Part shown: positions 52,006-64,000 of the stretch, one piece after another
Numbering within the stretch: the stretch's first letter is position 1
How the letters are laid out: each line of letters opens with the position of its first letter
Program-made: the position numbers and the translations under genes
The notes under the pieces: model-generated
The model's input: only the letters and a program-made list of their open reading frames with translations
Databases searched by the model: none
Told to the model about the DNA's origin: nothing
Assembly: GCA_035084275.1 (NCBI GenBank)
Contig: CM068758.1
Span: forward strand, 5,704,001-5,768,000
From: Hydrolagus colliei
Lineage: Eukaryota
Direction: 5' to 3'
DNA: 64,000 nt

Positions 52006-55000
52006 AATCGGTCAGATGAAACAAACGCAGTTAGATATTACCCTCTCTCACACCACCCCAACACTGTCCAAACATTTCCAATTCTTTATTAAGAACATAC
52101 GGAAAGAAGTTCTGCTTGATAGTTTAACTGGTAGCGCCATTGATTAGGCCATGTATAGAGGTCAAGCAAAGATTGGATCAGGTCCTGTGGTTATACCTTC
52201 TTAACCCTCCCTTCCCTCCTCTGTCCCCATTCTCCTTCTCCCCCTCTCTAAATCCGTGACATAAAAACAAACTCCAGTTTCAAGAGCTTGTTGGATCTAG
52301 ATAAATAATTTAAATTATTTTGTCTTTGGACTCTGGTTAAAAAAATAATCAGCTTTTATCTTGTGCCTCCAGTTTCAGTTAAACCTTTCTCCACATTATA
52401 ATCAATGTTTATGCTGTATGTTTAACTTAACATAGTGACTATTATTTTTGGATATTGTTCTATATTTTGAGAAAAGGGATTTTTAAATAAGATTGTTTTA
52501 CGATATCAGTTTGTCTCCTGTGGTGAAAGCTGATGCAGTTTCCTCTAATCACCCTTGACCCCATGGGTGGAATAACTTGACGTGGTAGAGTTCAGTCAGC
52601 CATGTCTATGCGTATTTCAATCAGTTACATAATTATCTGAAGCAAGGAGTTGCCTCAGCTGACTTGAAAACATCTCCATTGCTCTCATACTCTTTCTTTC
52701 TTCCTTCTCCCTGAATTTACCTCCCTTTCGCTCCTCGATGTGCTGATTCATGGATAACATATCATTCCATGGGGGTCAGCTACCTGGGGCAGAAGGCCAA
52801 GTAGTCAATCTTTGTGTCTGATCTCAGACCGAGTTTCAGCAGGTGACATGCCCATTGCGGGCACAGCATATGAACTCAATACTTGACTTGGGATGCATAG
52901 AGCGTGGGGTGGAATGAGAAAACTGAAGACACGTTTTGTTATGTTTGTTAACAGAAGTTTGTACAGTAAACGGCATGAGTCAGTTGCAATGGCCCAAGGT
53001 TTTTTTCTCTTTCTCCTCTCTCAGCCATCTCCCTCCTCCCACCCTGACACTGCTGGGGTGCGCATGTCGGGTGTATTGCATTTGAGGCAGGTGCAGCACA
53101 TTAAGTTTTGACCTGGCAGCTGGTAAATGCAGTAGCGTCACGTACGGTAGCAGCATGATAAGTTAAGCGGTTGTTAATACAACTAAATTCAATACGACTT
53201 TGAACGCGACTTGGGCAGATGTATGACTTAGTCAATTATGTGATATATGCAGAACAGACTTATGTGAGTTTTACTGTACTTTTCTCTCCACAGCTTTCTC
53301 GTGTTTGCTTTCTCGTGTTTCTCCATATTGTTCAAAAACACATATGCCATTGTTCCTCCCAAACTTCATACAATCCTCCACGCTCTACTACAACTTTCCA
53401 AGGGTTAATACAATAGTATACTAGAAGCTCTCCAGCCTGACAAAATGCAAATCAAATGTGCATACTCTGGGCGGACATAGGGTCATTTCCTGCAGGCTAT
53501 CCTATGGGATAACACTTACACTTTCACTGGCTCTAATCCAGAGCAATACGGTAACAGAGATGCAGTCTCTTTGCTAAACTGTTGATAGTATGTTGGATTG
53601 TGCATCCTCTTTGACCTCCCATTGTATGTGTGTGTATGCTTGCATGTAGGGAAACCTCTCTCACCCAACAGCATTGTGAAAAAGTTTGGAAATTCAAGGA
53701 GGAAAATCTCCTCATTCCTGAAATCACATTTTATTTTCTCTCTTCCTCCCATCTTTCCCACCCCATTGTATCAATGTTTCAGAAAAATAAGGGTAAAATA
53801 ATTTCATATTGTTGGAGTATTAACAAATTAAATGTAAACGGTGCAAGTTTCCCCCTTGGGTGATGAATACAAACTTGTGGTGGTCGGAGTTGCTGCCCCA
53901 GTGAAATCAGGCAATGGTTTGCAACAGCAGCCAAAGGAAAGGTTTTAAATCAGGGGTGTACCAATATCAAACAGTTATGGTGGATAGGTTAGCAGTGGGT
54001 TCAGAACATTCATCTGTTGTGCTGCACATCTGTTCTGCACTGGGTTGAAGCAGTGTATTTGGGAACCCCCTTGGTGTCTCCAAATATACGTCCCATCTGG
54101 AACTGAGTGGGGATTTGTGGTACCTCCCAAAGTGCTGGGAAAACACATCTAGGACCCGAAGGGAAAAGTGATGCCCTTGGCCTGCCTGATGGAGAGGAAT
54201 TCCCATCGCCTGGGAGCACGAATTTGGAGAACTGATGGAAATTGGAGGCAATAGACAACACTATCACAAGCCAAACTCGCTCTGAACACACAAATGCTCC
54301 TCAAATTTGGTGTAGGTTTACTGAGAGCACAAAGTTGTATAATTTGCCAGTCATTCCTGCTTAGGCTCTGCATGACCTAAAGGCAACCAGACGAGCCGCA
54401 CTGAAACTCAATCTATTGGCGTAATCTGTTGAACAGATGTTGGTTTCGTCACTCAATGAAAAAAAACCACATCATCATCATCCCTGACCTACTGGGCATG
54501 TGCAGTTTGGGTCAAAAGAACACGGACAGGCGGGGAGTATTTCAACACAAGGTGTTGGGTCCTCGTTCAAAACTTAATCAGACCCAGATTTCTGTGGGAG
54601 AGACAAAAGACAGGGAGGAGTCAAAATGCACTGCACTCGCACAGAAGGCAGGGACAAAGTCCTTATCAAATGGAACTAATTGGTTTCTGCTGGTTGTATT
54701 TGAAGCTCAGAGGCACAGCCGGGACACTGGGTGGAATCTAAGGTGGCTGGCTACAGGAATGGACGGTTCTAGAAACAGATTCTGGGTGAGGAAGGAGCAT
54801 TTCTTCTCCCAGAGCTCACCATCCTCATAGACCACATTTCATCTTCAACAGACGCTCTCAGTCGTATTTACATGCTTATTCGTGGCCTGATGTGTGGAAA
54901 TTTTCTACCACGTTTTCTACAAACCTTATACTTGCCATCAATTTCATATGAAATTATTTTAAATATTAGACCGTACATCAAATACAAAAGTTCTTACTGT

Positions 55001-56886
55001 ACCTCTCTCCCTCAAAAGAGGTACATTCTGAGCACACACTGAGCAGACATGCAGCAACAACAACTTGGATTTATATAGCGCCCTCCACGCCAGATGGCCT
55101 CTCAGAGCGCAGACAACCTCCAACTGCTATTCTTAAAGGAGCTGTTGGAAAATGCATCATTTTCGTTGATCTGCTCTATGAGGGAACATCTCACTCCACT
55201 CTCCATTCCCAGGCAGGCCCATCAACCAGATAAACCTACACGTATTCACTGGGTCATCCTGACATGCAACAGAAAAGTCATACATGTAAACTCCAACACA
55301 AAGTAAGGCTGTAAGTCAGGTACAATTCTTTGTAACAGCCCATTGTTTTTATAAGCATGGGATAAAATGGCAAACACAAGTCGTATTTTGTGCTCAGACA
55401 TGTCAACAGTGAGAAGATAGACCATAGTGAGGAGAAAGGGACTTCCCTTCAAGTAGAGAGCCTGCAGATCAAGAGCAAACATGTAGGCACTGCCACACAG
55501 TGTTTATGTTGGAGATGCTGGAAAACTTAAAACTTGTGAGAAAGAAAAGCCCATAAGGAAATGGAGATCTTTCCAACGTGCCCTAAATACCGAATGCAAA
55601 CCCTCAGTGAGACAGAGCAAACTGATGGAGTGACAAGCATGGGACATCCAGGGACTACCGCCTCCCACTATTTCTGTGTCAGTCTTTAACTTCCCTGAAG
55701 GAAAAGTTCCAGTGAATGAAAGGAGTGGGATAATCTTTTGGAACCCCTCTTCCAACATGGCTTTAACCAGACTGAAGCAATTCCTTACCCAAAGGCCAGA
55801 GGAATCTATGAATGTGGACAAGCAGCACAACTAATGCTGCCTCCTAACTGACAATCTCACTTCTGGAATGTGGCAATGTTGGGTGATGGTAAGATTGGTC
55901 TTGTTTCTCTCTCCCACCCCCAATCAGAGTCAAAAAACCATTCACACTCAATGCTTAGGCACACAGGTAAACCACCATCACCGCAAGGGTGAGATACCAG
56001 ATGGGAGTAGTGCCCCTTGGAATCATACACCAGTAAAACAAGAGAATTGTTTTTGTCCAAAGAAAAAAATTCTCTAACGCATGATGCATGCAAAAACCCT
56101 CGGCTGATCAAGTGAAACTAAGCACTGTTCCTAATCATCATTTACGGCAGTCATTGGTTTCCCTTTAACAAGCGCCATCAAGTCTTATAACATGATGATC
56201 ATCTGCTAAACTGCACATTTCCTTGGCCCACCAAAACCCTCCACAGCAGCCTTTGCACAGTGAGAAGCAAAGGGCCCCTCTTAAAACTGTCTGCTATTAA
56301 AGCACATTTTATTTGAAGATTTTACAACCTTCCTGTGAAAGCCATTACTTTCTGAAACGAGAATTCATACCGGTTTTGTCAAATACATTTTATAAGGTCT
56401 TTGTGCCTCCTTGGCTCTCGACTTGGCTTCCACACAGTTTCTTTTGCACGCAAGCATATGCCACTAGAGATCTCTGTTCCAAAACAAAGGGCAGTTTCAG
56501 CATTAGTGCAAACTTAAGCAATTCGTTTTACTGCTAAGAAACTCAGCAGCCAAGACCAGGCATTCCCTTCTCCCCCTCTCCAGATTTTCCAGAGAAAAAG
56601 AAATGCCATTCTAAGAAGAAAGTGCACACTGCTAGAGGCATAAGGGATGCTCCAATTGAACATACTTCATCCCTGTGGAACATTTTCTATTGGGCTTGGC
56701 CTCAAACTACAAACAAAATGTACAATGTTGAAGCCAAATCCACCCCAAGACCTGAAGCACGCTCTAGTAACTGGGTAGCTCCTCTTGCACCTATTTCACA
56801 TCCCTGGATAGAATCCAATGACCAATTTTCCTGGCCTCTCTCAACTCGTATATCTCATCACATTTCTCTCTCTTGTTTCTTCATGT

Positions 56887-57072
56887 TATAATAATAATAC
56901 TCATCCTGGCATTTGATAAAGTGCCTTGTCATGTGGTTGAGACGTCTCAAAGCACTTCACAGAATATACTGTAAAGTGAATTGACTGTACATTTTGTGGA
57001 TGTAGCACACAGCAGTGTCCCACAAACAGCCGTGCATTGAGTGACGGATATTTTTATTATTAAGGGATTACT
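56887..57072 (-). mobile_element. Family A SINE 3' half
   Basis: gacgtctcaaagcacttcacagaatatactgtaaagtgaattgactgta..cagcagtgtcccacaaacagccgtg. Confidence 0.85.
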
Positions 57073-57408
57073 ACACAATCCTATATACTCTTCCTCTCCC
57101 TTGTAAAGAAATCTTACAAATCTTACACAATCTCTTCTTCCAAATCATTCTTCCCCCAGGAACCATAAGACTCCCACATCTTCTCCCCATACTTGTTGCC
57201 ATTATAGTGACATCTCATCTCATTCATAATAAAGCAAAAGTGTGTCCTTGAGTAATATGTTTTGAGGTGCTGTCAGCTTTGATCGGGAATAAAACTGAGA
57301 AATCCAAGGTCACCATGTTGTTCCTACATTACTGCCCACTGCTAATACAAAAAACAGCAGATTAGAACTCTGAATAACAGGTGGGACCAGGGAATGCACG
57401 GCTAAAGG

Positions 57409-57463
57409 GGAAGGTGAGGGATGGGAGGGGGGGTGAGGACCCCCCTCCCATCCCTCACCTTCC
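57409..57463. repeat. Perfect hairpin, 24-bp stem and 7-nt loop
   Basis: ggaaggtgagggatgggagggggg-gtgagga-cccccctcccatccctcaccttcc. Confidence 0.95.
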
Positions 57464-58688
57464 AATAGGGGAAGAAAAGGAAGGAAACACTTCATGGTGT
57501 CTATATTGAAATTGTCCTTTGCAATCCTGAACTTTTGCTCTTTCGATCTGCCGCCTTGATGCATCTGAGCGTATTATTCTTGGCCGCTCTCAATCCCATT
57601 AGGAATCTTATCTACCTGTCCCACTCTGATACATCTCTTGATGCTCGACACTGTCAATGCACACTGTGTGAGTTCACACATGGGGAACAATCACTTGAGT
57701 TCAGGTGTTGAAAAGCATCCATGGAAATGTACCCCAGCCAAGGTTGGTTCCTCGGGGTGTGGCAGGGGTAGGCAGAAGAAAAATTGGGCTCAAATGATTC
57801 AATTGTTTCTTTCAATGAAACCCATCAGACAATCGTAAAATCCACATGTTGGACACAGACTATGTTGAAAGTTGTGCAAATAACAAAATACTGGAACATG
57901 TTTGCATTGGTTGCAGTGAGAGTGGTGATTATAGGTGCTGGTGGAGTGTGTGCTGTGTGTACAAGGTATAAAAACCACACACTTAAGTGAAACATCCCTT
58001 CATTATACTTTTCCAACAGGTGCTCCATAACAAGGAGAGACAAATGCTTGCTCAGACACTCAAGAATGGGTATCAATTTACAATTAACAGCAGCACTTAA
58101 GTGAACTTGTCTGAACTCAAAAGAAAACCTTAAACAGCAAAAGGTAAACCATTTTAGTTTAATTTTGGTTTGATCTCTTCTTTCACTGTTACGTTTCTGA
58201 ACATTCCCCTAGTTTCGATACAATTTAATCCCCAAATCAAATCTGGTTTTCCCCTCAACAAAATCCAGCTGCAATCTCTCATCACCGGTTTGGTTGAATA
58301 TCGAAGAAGAGTACAGGAACAAGAAAGTCAATCCATGTCAATGCAGTTCACTTGGACACCTGGGGTTTTGGTGAGGACATAATCTGATTTATTCTTCATC
58401 TTCTTTTATGTATCCTAAACAAGTCCCTCTACTAGTATCCTCATATTCTAACTGATGAGACATATGCTGAGAGGCAACTCGTTCCATCCCTTCCAATTGT
58501 GAGGGCTTCGGAGGATCAAACAAGCACTTTTGCACCACACTGCTCTCGAAGAGGTAACTAACTCTGTTCTCTCAGTCCCAGCTAAGCGATCCCTTTTGCT
58601 CTGTTCCAACATACCTTAACAACTCGTCACAAATGTACATCAATCATGACTGAATTTCAAACCTTTTTTTTATATAAAGTTTCATTGA

Positions 58689-59419
58689 AAGTTTTGCTAT
58701 TTGAAAGCGGTTTCTTGCAACCATAAATAAGCCGCAAGATACATTTTTTCAAGCCATGTATGAAAAGTGGAACCGTTTATGTTTCAATTTAATAAAGCTT
58801 CTGGCAGACATCAATCAAGGAAAACTAATCTTGCTCAACAATCTATGACTTCATGGAGATTGACATGCATCAGAGGCCACATGAAGTGATGGGAGTCTAA
58901 ACACACACGCCTACACACTTCCTCTTAACATCAGTTCACTTTTAGTTTGTGTAGGTATTTGTTTGCATATCCGAAATGCTTCAAATAAATAACTACCGGT
59001 AATCAGATTATTTAAGACCGTCATTTAATAGCAGTGCAGTCATTTGGGTCTGGGTTACATGAGAAAACAATTCTCCTGTTATTTAGAAAACTTAAAAATA
59101 CAGCTATTTATGGTTGCAAGAAACCGCTTTCAAATAGCAAAACTTGACCTCTCTGTTGTGATAAGTCATGTACAAAGCTCCTGTTTCCTTCTGGTATCCT
59201 ACAGGAATATATAATGGGATCAGAAAGAACAACTGCAGTCCACCCAGTTGATCTCAAAGTTAATGAAAAAGTTTTGATACTTTATCTTTCATCTGCAAGC
59301 AAATCGTTTACACCGTTTGTCTTAGAGGAAAAGCGTTAAGTCAGTCACTAGCAGAATTAACCATTGGTACCAGAAGGAAACAGGAGCTTTGTACATGACT
59401 TATCACAACAGAGAGGTCA
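58689..59419. repeat. Two abutting perfect inverted repeats: 58689-58729/59105-59145 (41 bp) and 59145-59196/59368-59419 (52 bp)
   Basis: Base-by-base reverse-complement identity read from the sequence. Confidence 0.95.
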
Positions 59420-61099
59420 CGTTTTAAAGAACTTTCCAAGTGCACTTGAGAGTTACCCTTTGATCCAGAGAAACAGTAGTTTTTCCCTTATCTCCTGCTA
59501 TGCATCTGAAACTGACACGGCTCCTCTTTTTACAACATCCTATAATTCAGTAATACTCTGGTTGTAAATCAGTGAGGGCAGGTGTCGCTGGCAATTACAG
59601 CCTTGACTTCCCATCTGAGTGAGTAGGAGAGGAATCTGACATTTTATCAGTGAAATAATTAGTTTATCATGAGCAATTAGTTCCGACAACTCCAAGCCCC
59701 TGAGGCCTCTAAACACTCAAGTGCTAGTGAAACCTTTATGAGCCGACCACGTCGCTGTCCAGCTCACTAGAGCTGATGCTATCATAGGCTAGATTCCGTA
59801 GCTCCAGATTAAACACTGGCAACATCCACACATGGTGTTTACAGCTTCAGAGTGTATTCACTCCACTTCCTCCTAATCTACCTCCTCAACACACCTCTTC
59901 CAGACCCCTCTCACACACAGCTCAGGAGTGGGCACTCATGGGTCAGGTGTTTTGGAAACAAGTCATTTGGGGCCATCAAATCTCCTCGATATACAACAGC
60001 TGCCCTTGTCTTACAAATATACGTTAAGCCTATCCATCCTTAATTGTGGCAGAACAAAGCTCAAGTCCTTGTAGTGCCAATCTTTCCTCTCTTCTATCTG
60101 GATTTTCAGATGAAAGCACACAACAGGTGGCTGCAATAAACAGCAAGTTCCATTATTATTGCAAGAGGATGGGATGGACAGTGTCAATGCCAAACTAACT
60201 TTACTGGCACACATTTCACTTTGGCGGAATGCTCACCCACGTCCAAAAGACACATCGCTTCAGTCACAGCATAGCTAATCAGGATTCACATAGTCACCCA
60301 ACCTTAGCAGCTGTCTTTAACCCATTTTGAGGTGCAGTTGGATCCACGGACAACAAGCTGATTAAAACCAGCTGACTGGGAACTGGGGGTAAATTTAACC
60401 TTCCGAAGCCACTGTCCTCTTGGACAGATAAATCACCACTTGGTCATCACTTCCTTGACATGCATGTTATCTTTGCTTAATATTAACCATTTGAGAAAAT
60501 GAACACAAGTGAAACAAACAAAATTTATTTCAAGAGTAAACTTTTGTTTTCAAATTTACTTTAAATCACTATGTTGAAATCAAGGCTAATCACATAATTG
60601 CTTATTTAACCCCATTAAATCTCAGGGCATTCTGGTGGTCTTGTACCAAGTACTGCTGTGGCTTATTCTAGAGTAGTGCAATTAGTTCCAGTGTCAGTAT
60701 TAGTGAGAACATTCTGACATTGGAGAGGCTACAACAATAGGCAACTGAATGATTTATGGATCAATGCACGTGAGCTGTGAAGAAATAATGCAGGAACTAT
60801 AAGATAACCTTATTAAGATTGTAATTTAGTGCTAGAAAGATTTCAAAACTTTAAAGGTGAAAACAAATGAGTTAAACTATTCTAGATGTAACAAACACAA
60901 AGATCAGCACTAAAGTGTTGGCTGATGATGCTCCACAGGCTTTTTAACCCATCAAACCTGCAACTCTTGAAATTTATAACCACATTTCTCCACTCTTTCT
61001 ATATCCTGAATACTGTATGTCATGCTCTCCCTCCCTTACAAGCATTTTCAATTGATATACATCTGATTTTCTTTGATAGAAAACTGACAAATGAAGAAC

Positions 61100-61308
61100 A
61101 TAATAACAGTAATCCTTTCATGTGATATAGCGCTTTTCACATCTTCTAGGCGTCTCAAAGTGCTTTACAGAATATACTGTATAGTGAATTGACTGTACAC
61201 ATGTGGGCGAAATGCAACAGCCAATTGCGCACAGGTGGGTCCAACATACAGTCGTGGATTGAAAATGACCAATTTATTATTGCTTTTTTTTCTTGAGGGA
61301 TTATTATC
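61100..61308 (-). mobile_element. Family A SINE 3' half
   Basis: Same family motifs through cttgagggattattat. Confidence 0.85.
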
Positions 61309-63788
61309 AGACATGAGTGGATTTTACAAGGTTCAGGTTCAACTATGATTCTAGCCAGTACCTCATTCCTAGGATTCATTACATAAACTAACACCCAAAT
61401 GCCTCAATTAAATTTCAACCTTTAATATGTTGCCCGGATCCATTAATCGGAGCACACCATCTCTATTCTACAGTCACATGGAAATCTTAGTGTCGTGCTG
61501 ACTAACAGAAACTTCAGATAGACAAGAACGTGGCAACAGCTGACCCATAAAATGAGCACTCCAACTAGACGTAGGCGAGATTGCTTCACTTTAGCTGCAT
61601 GTCAAAAGACATAGATACAGAAAACACGTTTGCCAGATCTTGCATATCTATTCCTTGCAGCAATCTGCCTGGGTTTGCATGTTTTTCCCCTCTCATAATG
61701 GTCTTTTCACATTCCTCAATGTTGTAATTATCTCAAAGTGTAGGTGGATTTTTTCTCCCCCTGTGTGACATCTTTATAACAACCATCTGATAAGCTAAGG
61801 TTACGCACCTGCACAATCATCTCCAGAACAAACACCATTTAGGAAGGATATCTGTCAGTATGCCATTCAAATTATCACTTCTAACAAACGACTCTTGCTC
61901 ACAGTCACTAGGTTTGTTATTTTAAGCAGCTTGTGCAGCCTGTCTCTTCGTTGCGAGCTAGAAGCCAAAGGATTTTCCTGAGTTCTCCTTTACTGCCAAG
62001 ACTGACTGGCTTTAACACGTCGCTGATGCTTCAGATAGTCAGATTAAAATCTTCACCACTATATATGTGGTCTCTGGCACAGTGAAAAACAAGTGGGATT
62101 TGTTCCCACATGCAGCAGCTAAAGACGTCTACCAAATATCCGACACATCTGAGAAGATTGTTTTATCCATCTGAGGGAAGAATGCAATAAAACCAGACAC
62201 AGAAACAGACTCAGGAAAAACATTCGCAGCCTCAAGATGGGTGTGGGGTGTTTGCAGGAATGTGTAGTCTGTAACTTTAAAAGAGATTTAAAAATAAAAG
62301 CGTGTCCTTGACCATAGTTAGTTAGCACTTGTCAAACAGGTGCTTCCAAACTACAGTAAATTCAACTTCAACCTAGATCAAGATTGTGTTATGGCGAATG
62401 AAACAAGGTACTTAATTGTTACTAAACTGGAAACCTTCACTCTGTTTGGGATGTCCTCCAGATGTGAAAGGCACTATATAAATGCAATTTGTTGTTGCTG
62501 TTGAGAAAAATTACTCAGCGTATCTCTGCCCAGGGCAACAATCACCAGGACAGTGATGCCCGGCTGCTCTCAGAGAGACCGCACCACAGGATGCAGAGCC
62601 CATTGGTTCAGTGAACACTTCTGGCTTTGGACAGTGAGGATGTCGGGAGGAGGAAGAGTGTGAAATGGTATATTAAGAGCTTGGGAGGAACAAGAGGAAT
62701 GCTACTAACAGGCACTTTCCCGACAGGTAACTAAAACAAAATGCGTTTCCCTCTTTCTTTAAATATATAACAGACTCCAGCAACACCACACCTCTGTATG
62801 AAAAACAAGTTTTTTTAAAAAACTTTCTGCTTGCCCATCTCTTCCAGTCATTGGAGAAGGTTGTGTAACTGACCGGACAAGTTATAAACCAACCCAAATA
62901 CCTTTTGCTTTCCCAATGTCAAAGGTGCCAACCAATCCTCCAGAGTCCTAGCACTGAAATACTTTTCCTTTCAAAAGGAATTAATGATTATTTTATCGTG
63001 GGAGTAATATTGGCATTGACTCTAGCCTCCCATTGCTCAATATTATCAAGTTGCCTTCTCCAGGTTTCTAAATTGCCCCATTTTCACGTCCATTCACTTG
63101 CTCAATAGTGGCCCACGTTGTTTTCTGATTGTGAAACTACTCCAGGGTATGTGAGCAAAGAATATTATCCAGTTAAAAATATGAGAGAAGACTCGGTCAG
63201 TCAAATAAATAGTGACATCACACTGGGATTATTAAAAGCCTGTAGGAGAAGAGGACAAAGAGGAGATCCAGTTTTGAGAATGAGCCAAAAGTAGGAGGCA
63301 ATGCTAGATTTCAACACAATGAGAAAGAGATGCTGCGTCTAATATTTGGAGATTGGGACAAACAAAGAAAGTTTTGGAAGACTAATGGCCACACTGATAA
63401 GTCAGTTGTTATGAAATTCAGAGAGGGAAAGCAATCATTGAGAGATGAGGAACGGATCACTCTTTTCTGTAACCTGTCTGTAAGTGCAGAGCTCGAAAAA
63501 TCTTGCTAGGCTCAACTCTAAGATGGACTTTGCTTTTATAGAGTGTTGAGAGCCGTGCAAGAGGAAAGGCAGAAATAAGCAAACTAGTCTCTTGTGATTC
63601 TGTTTTAGCAGCACCGTTGGTAGACTGTTGTTTGAGATCAAAGGATAGGGAACTTAGTAACTGTGATCTGAAGATAATAAAGTCATAATACTCAAGGTCA
63701 GAAAAGGGACAAGGCTGGAACCTGTAGGATTTTAGAACCTGTAGGATTGTTACTGAATAAATTGTAACACAAAGTTACTTATTACCTA

Positions 63789-64000
63789 ATGGCCTTGCCC
63801 CCTCCTACCTCCGACCTGCTGACTCCCTACCAACCTGCCCAGTCCCTCCATTCAGCGGGCTCCGGTCTGCTCCATGTCTCCCACCTGACCTGCCCTACCA
63901 TCAGTGGCTGGGCTCTGCCCTCATACTCTGGAACTCATCCCATAGTCCCACCACCTGGCTTCCTCCCTTAAGGCCGGTCTCAAGACACTCCTTTTTGACC
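63789..64000 (+). mobile_element. L2 3' fragment running off the window end
   Basis: ccttgccccctcctacctccgacctgctgactccctaccaacctgcc nearly identical to 28943-28990. Confidence 0.85.

Noticed and set aside
63718-63748. Short direct duplication gaacctgtaggatt (similar ones near 47687 and 57109)
   Set aside because: Ordinary slippage-type micro-duplications.

Overview
Vertebrate genomic DNA. The repeat content (L2 and CR1 LINE relics, Deu-domain, AmnSINE2-like and LF-SINE-like SINEs) suggests a cartilaginous fish, possibly a chimaera; this is inference. The whole window lies inside one large minus-strand netrin gene, best matching NTN3 (netrin-2/3 type). Three internal coding exons are visible: 51072-51260, 34075-34224 and 18675-18728, all with AG/GT boundaries and phase 1-1. 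The 5' exons and the C-terminal NTR/C345C exons were not found in the window. The rest is intron, densely filled with decayed retroelements, a few MITEs and repeat-free stretches that may be conserved enhancers. Nearly all ORFs in the supplied track look spurious. The most notable observations are (1) several perfect fold-back inverted copies of local sequence, including a double templated insertion at 58689-59419 and a SINE truncated by its own snap-back at 10697-10748, and (2) a CpG-rich, apparently young 704-bp hAT-type non-autonomous transposon with an intact 8-bp TSD nested in a SINE. I found no evidence of a new protein-coding system. Repeat family names come from recalled consensus motifs, not from a database search, and repeat boundaries are approximate unless TIR/TSD coordinates are given.
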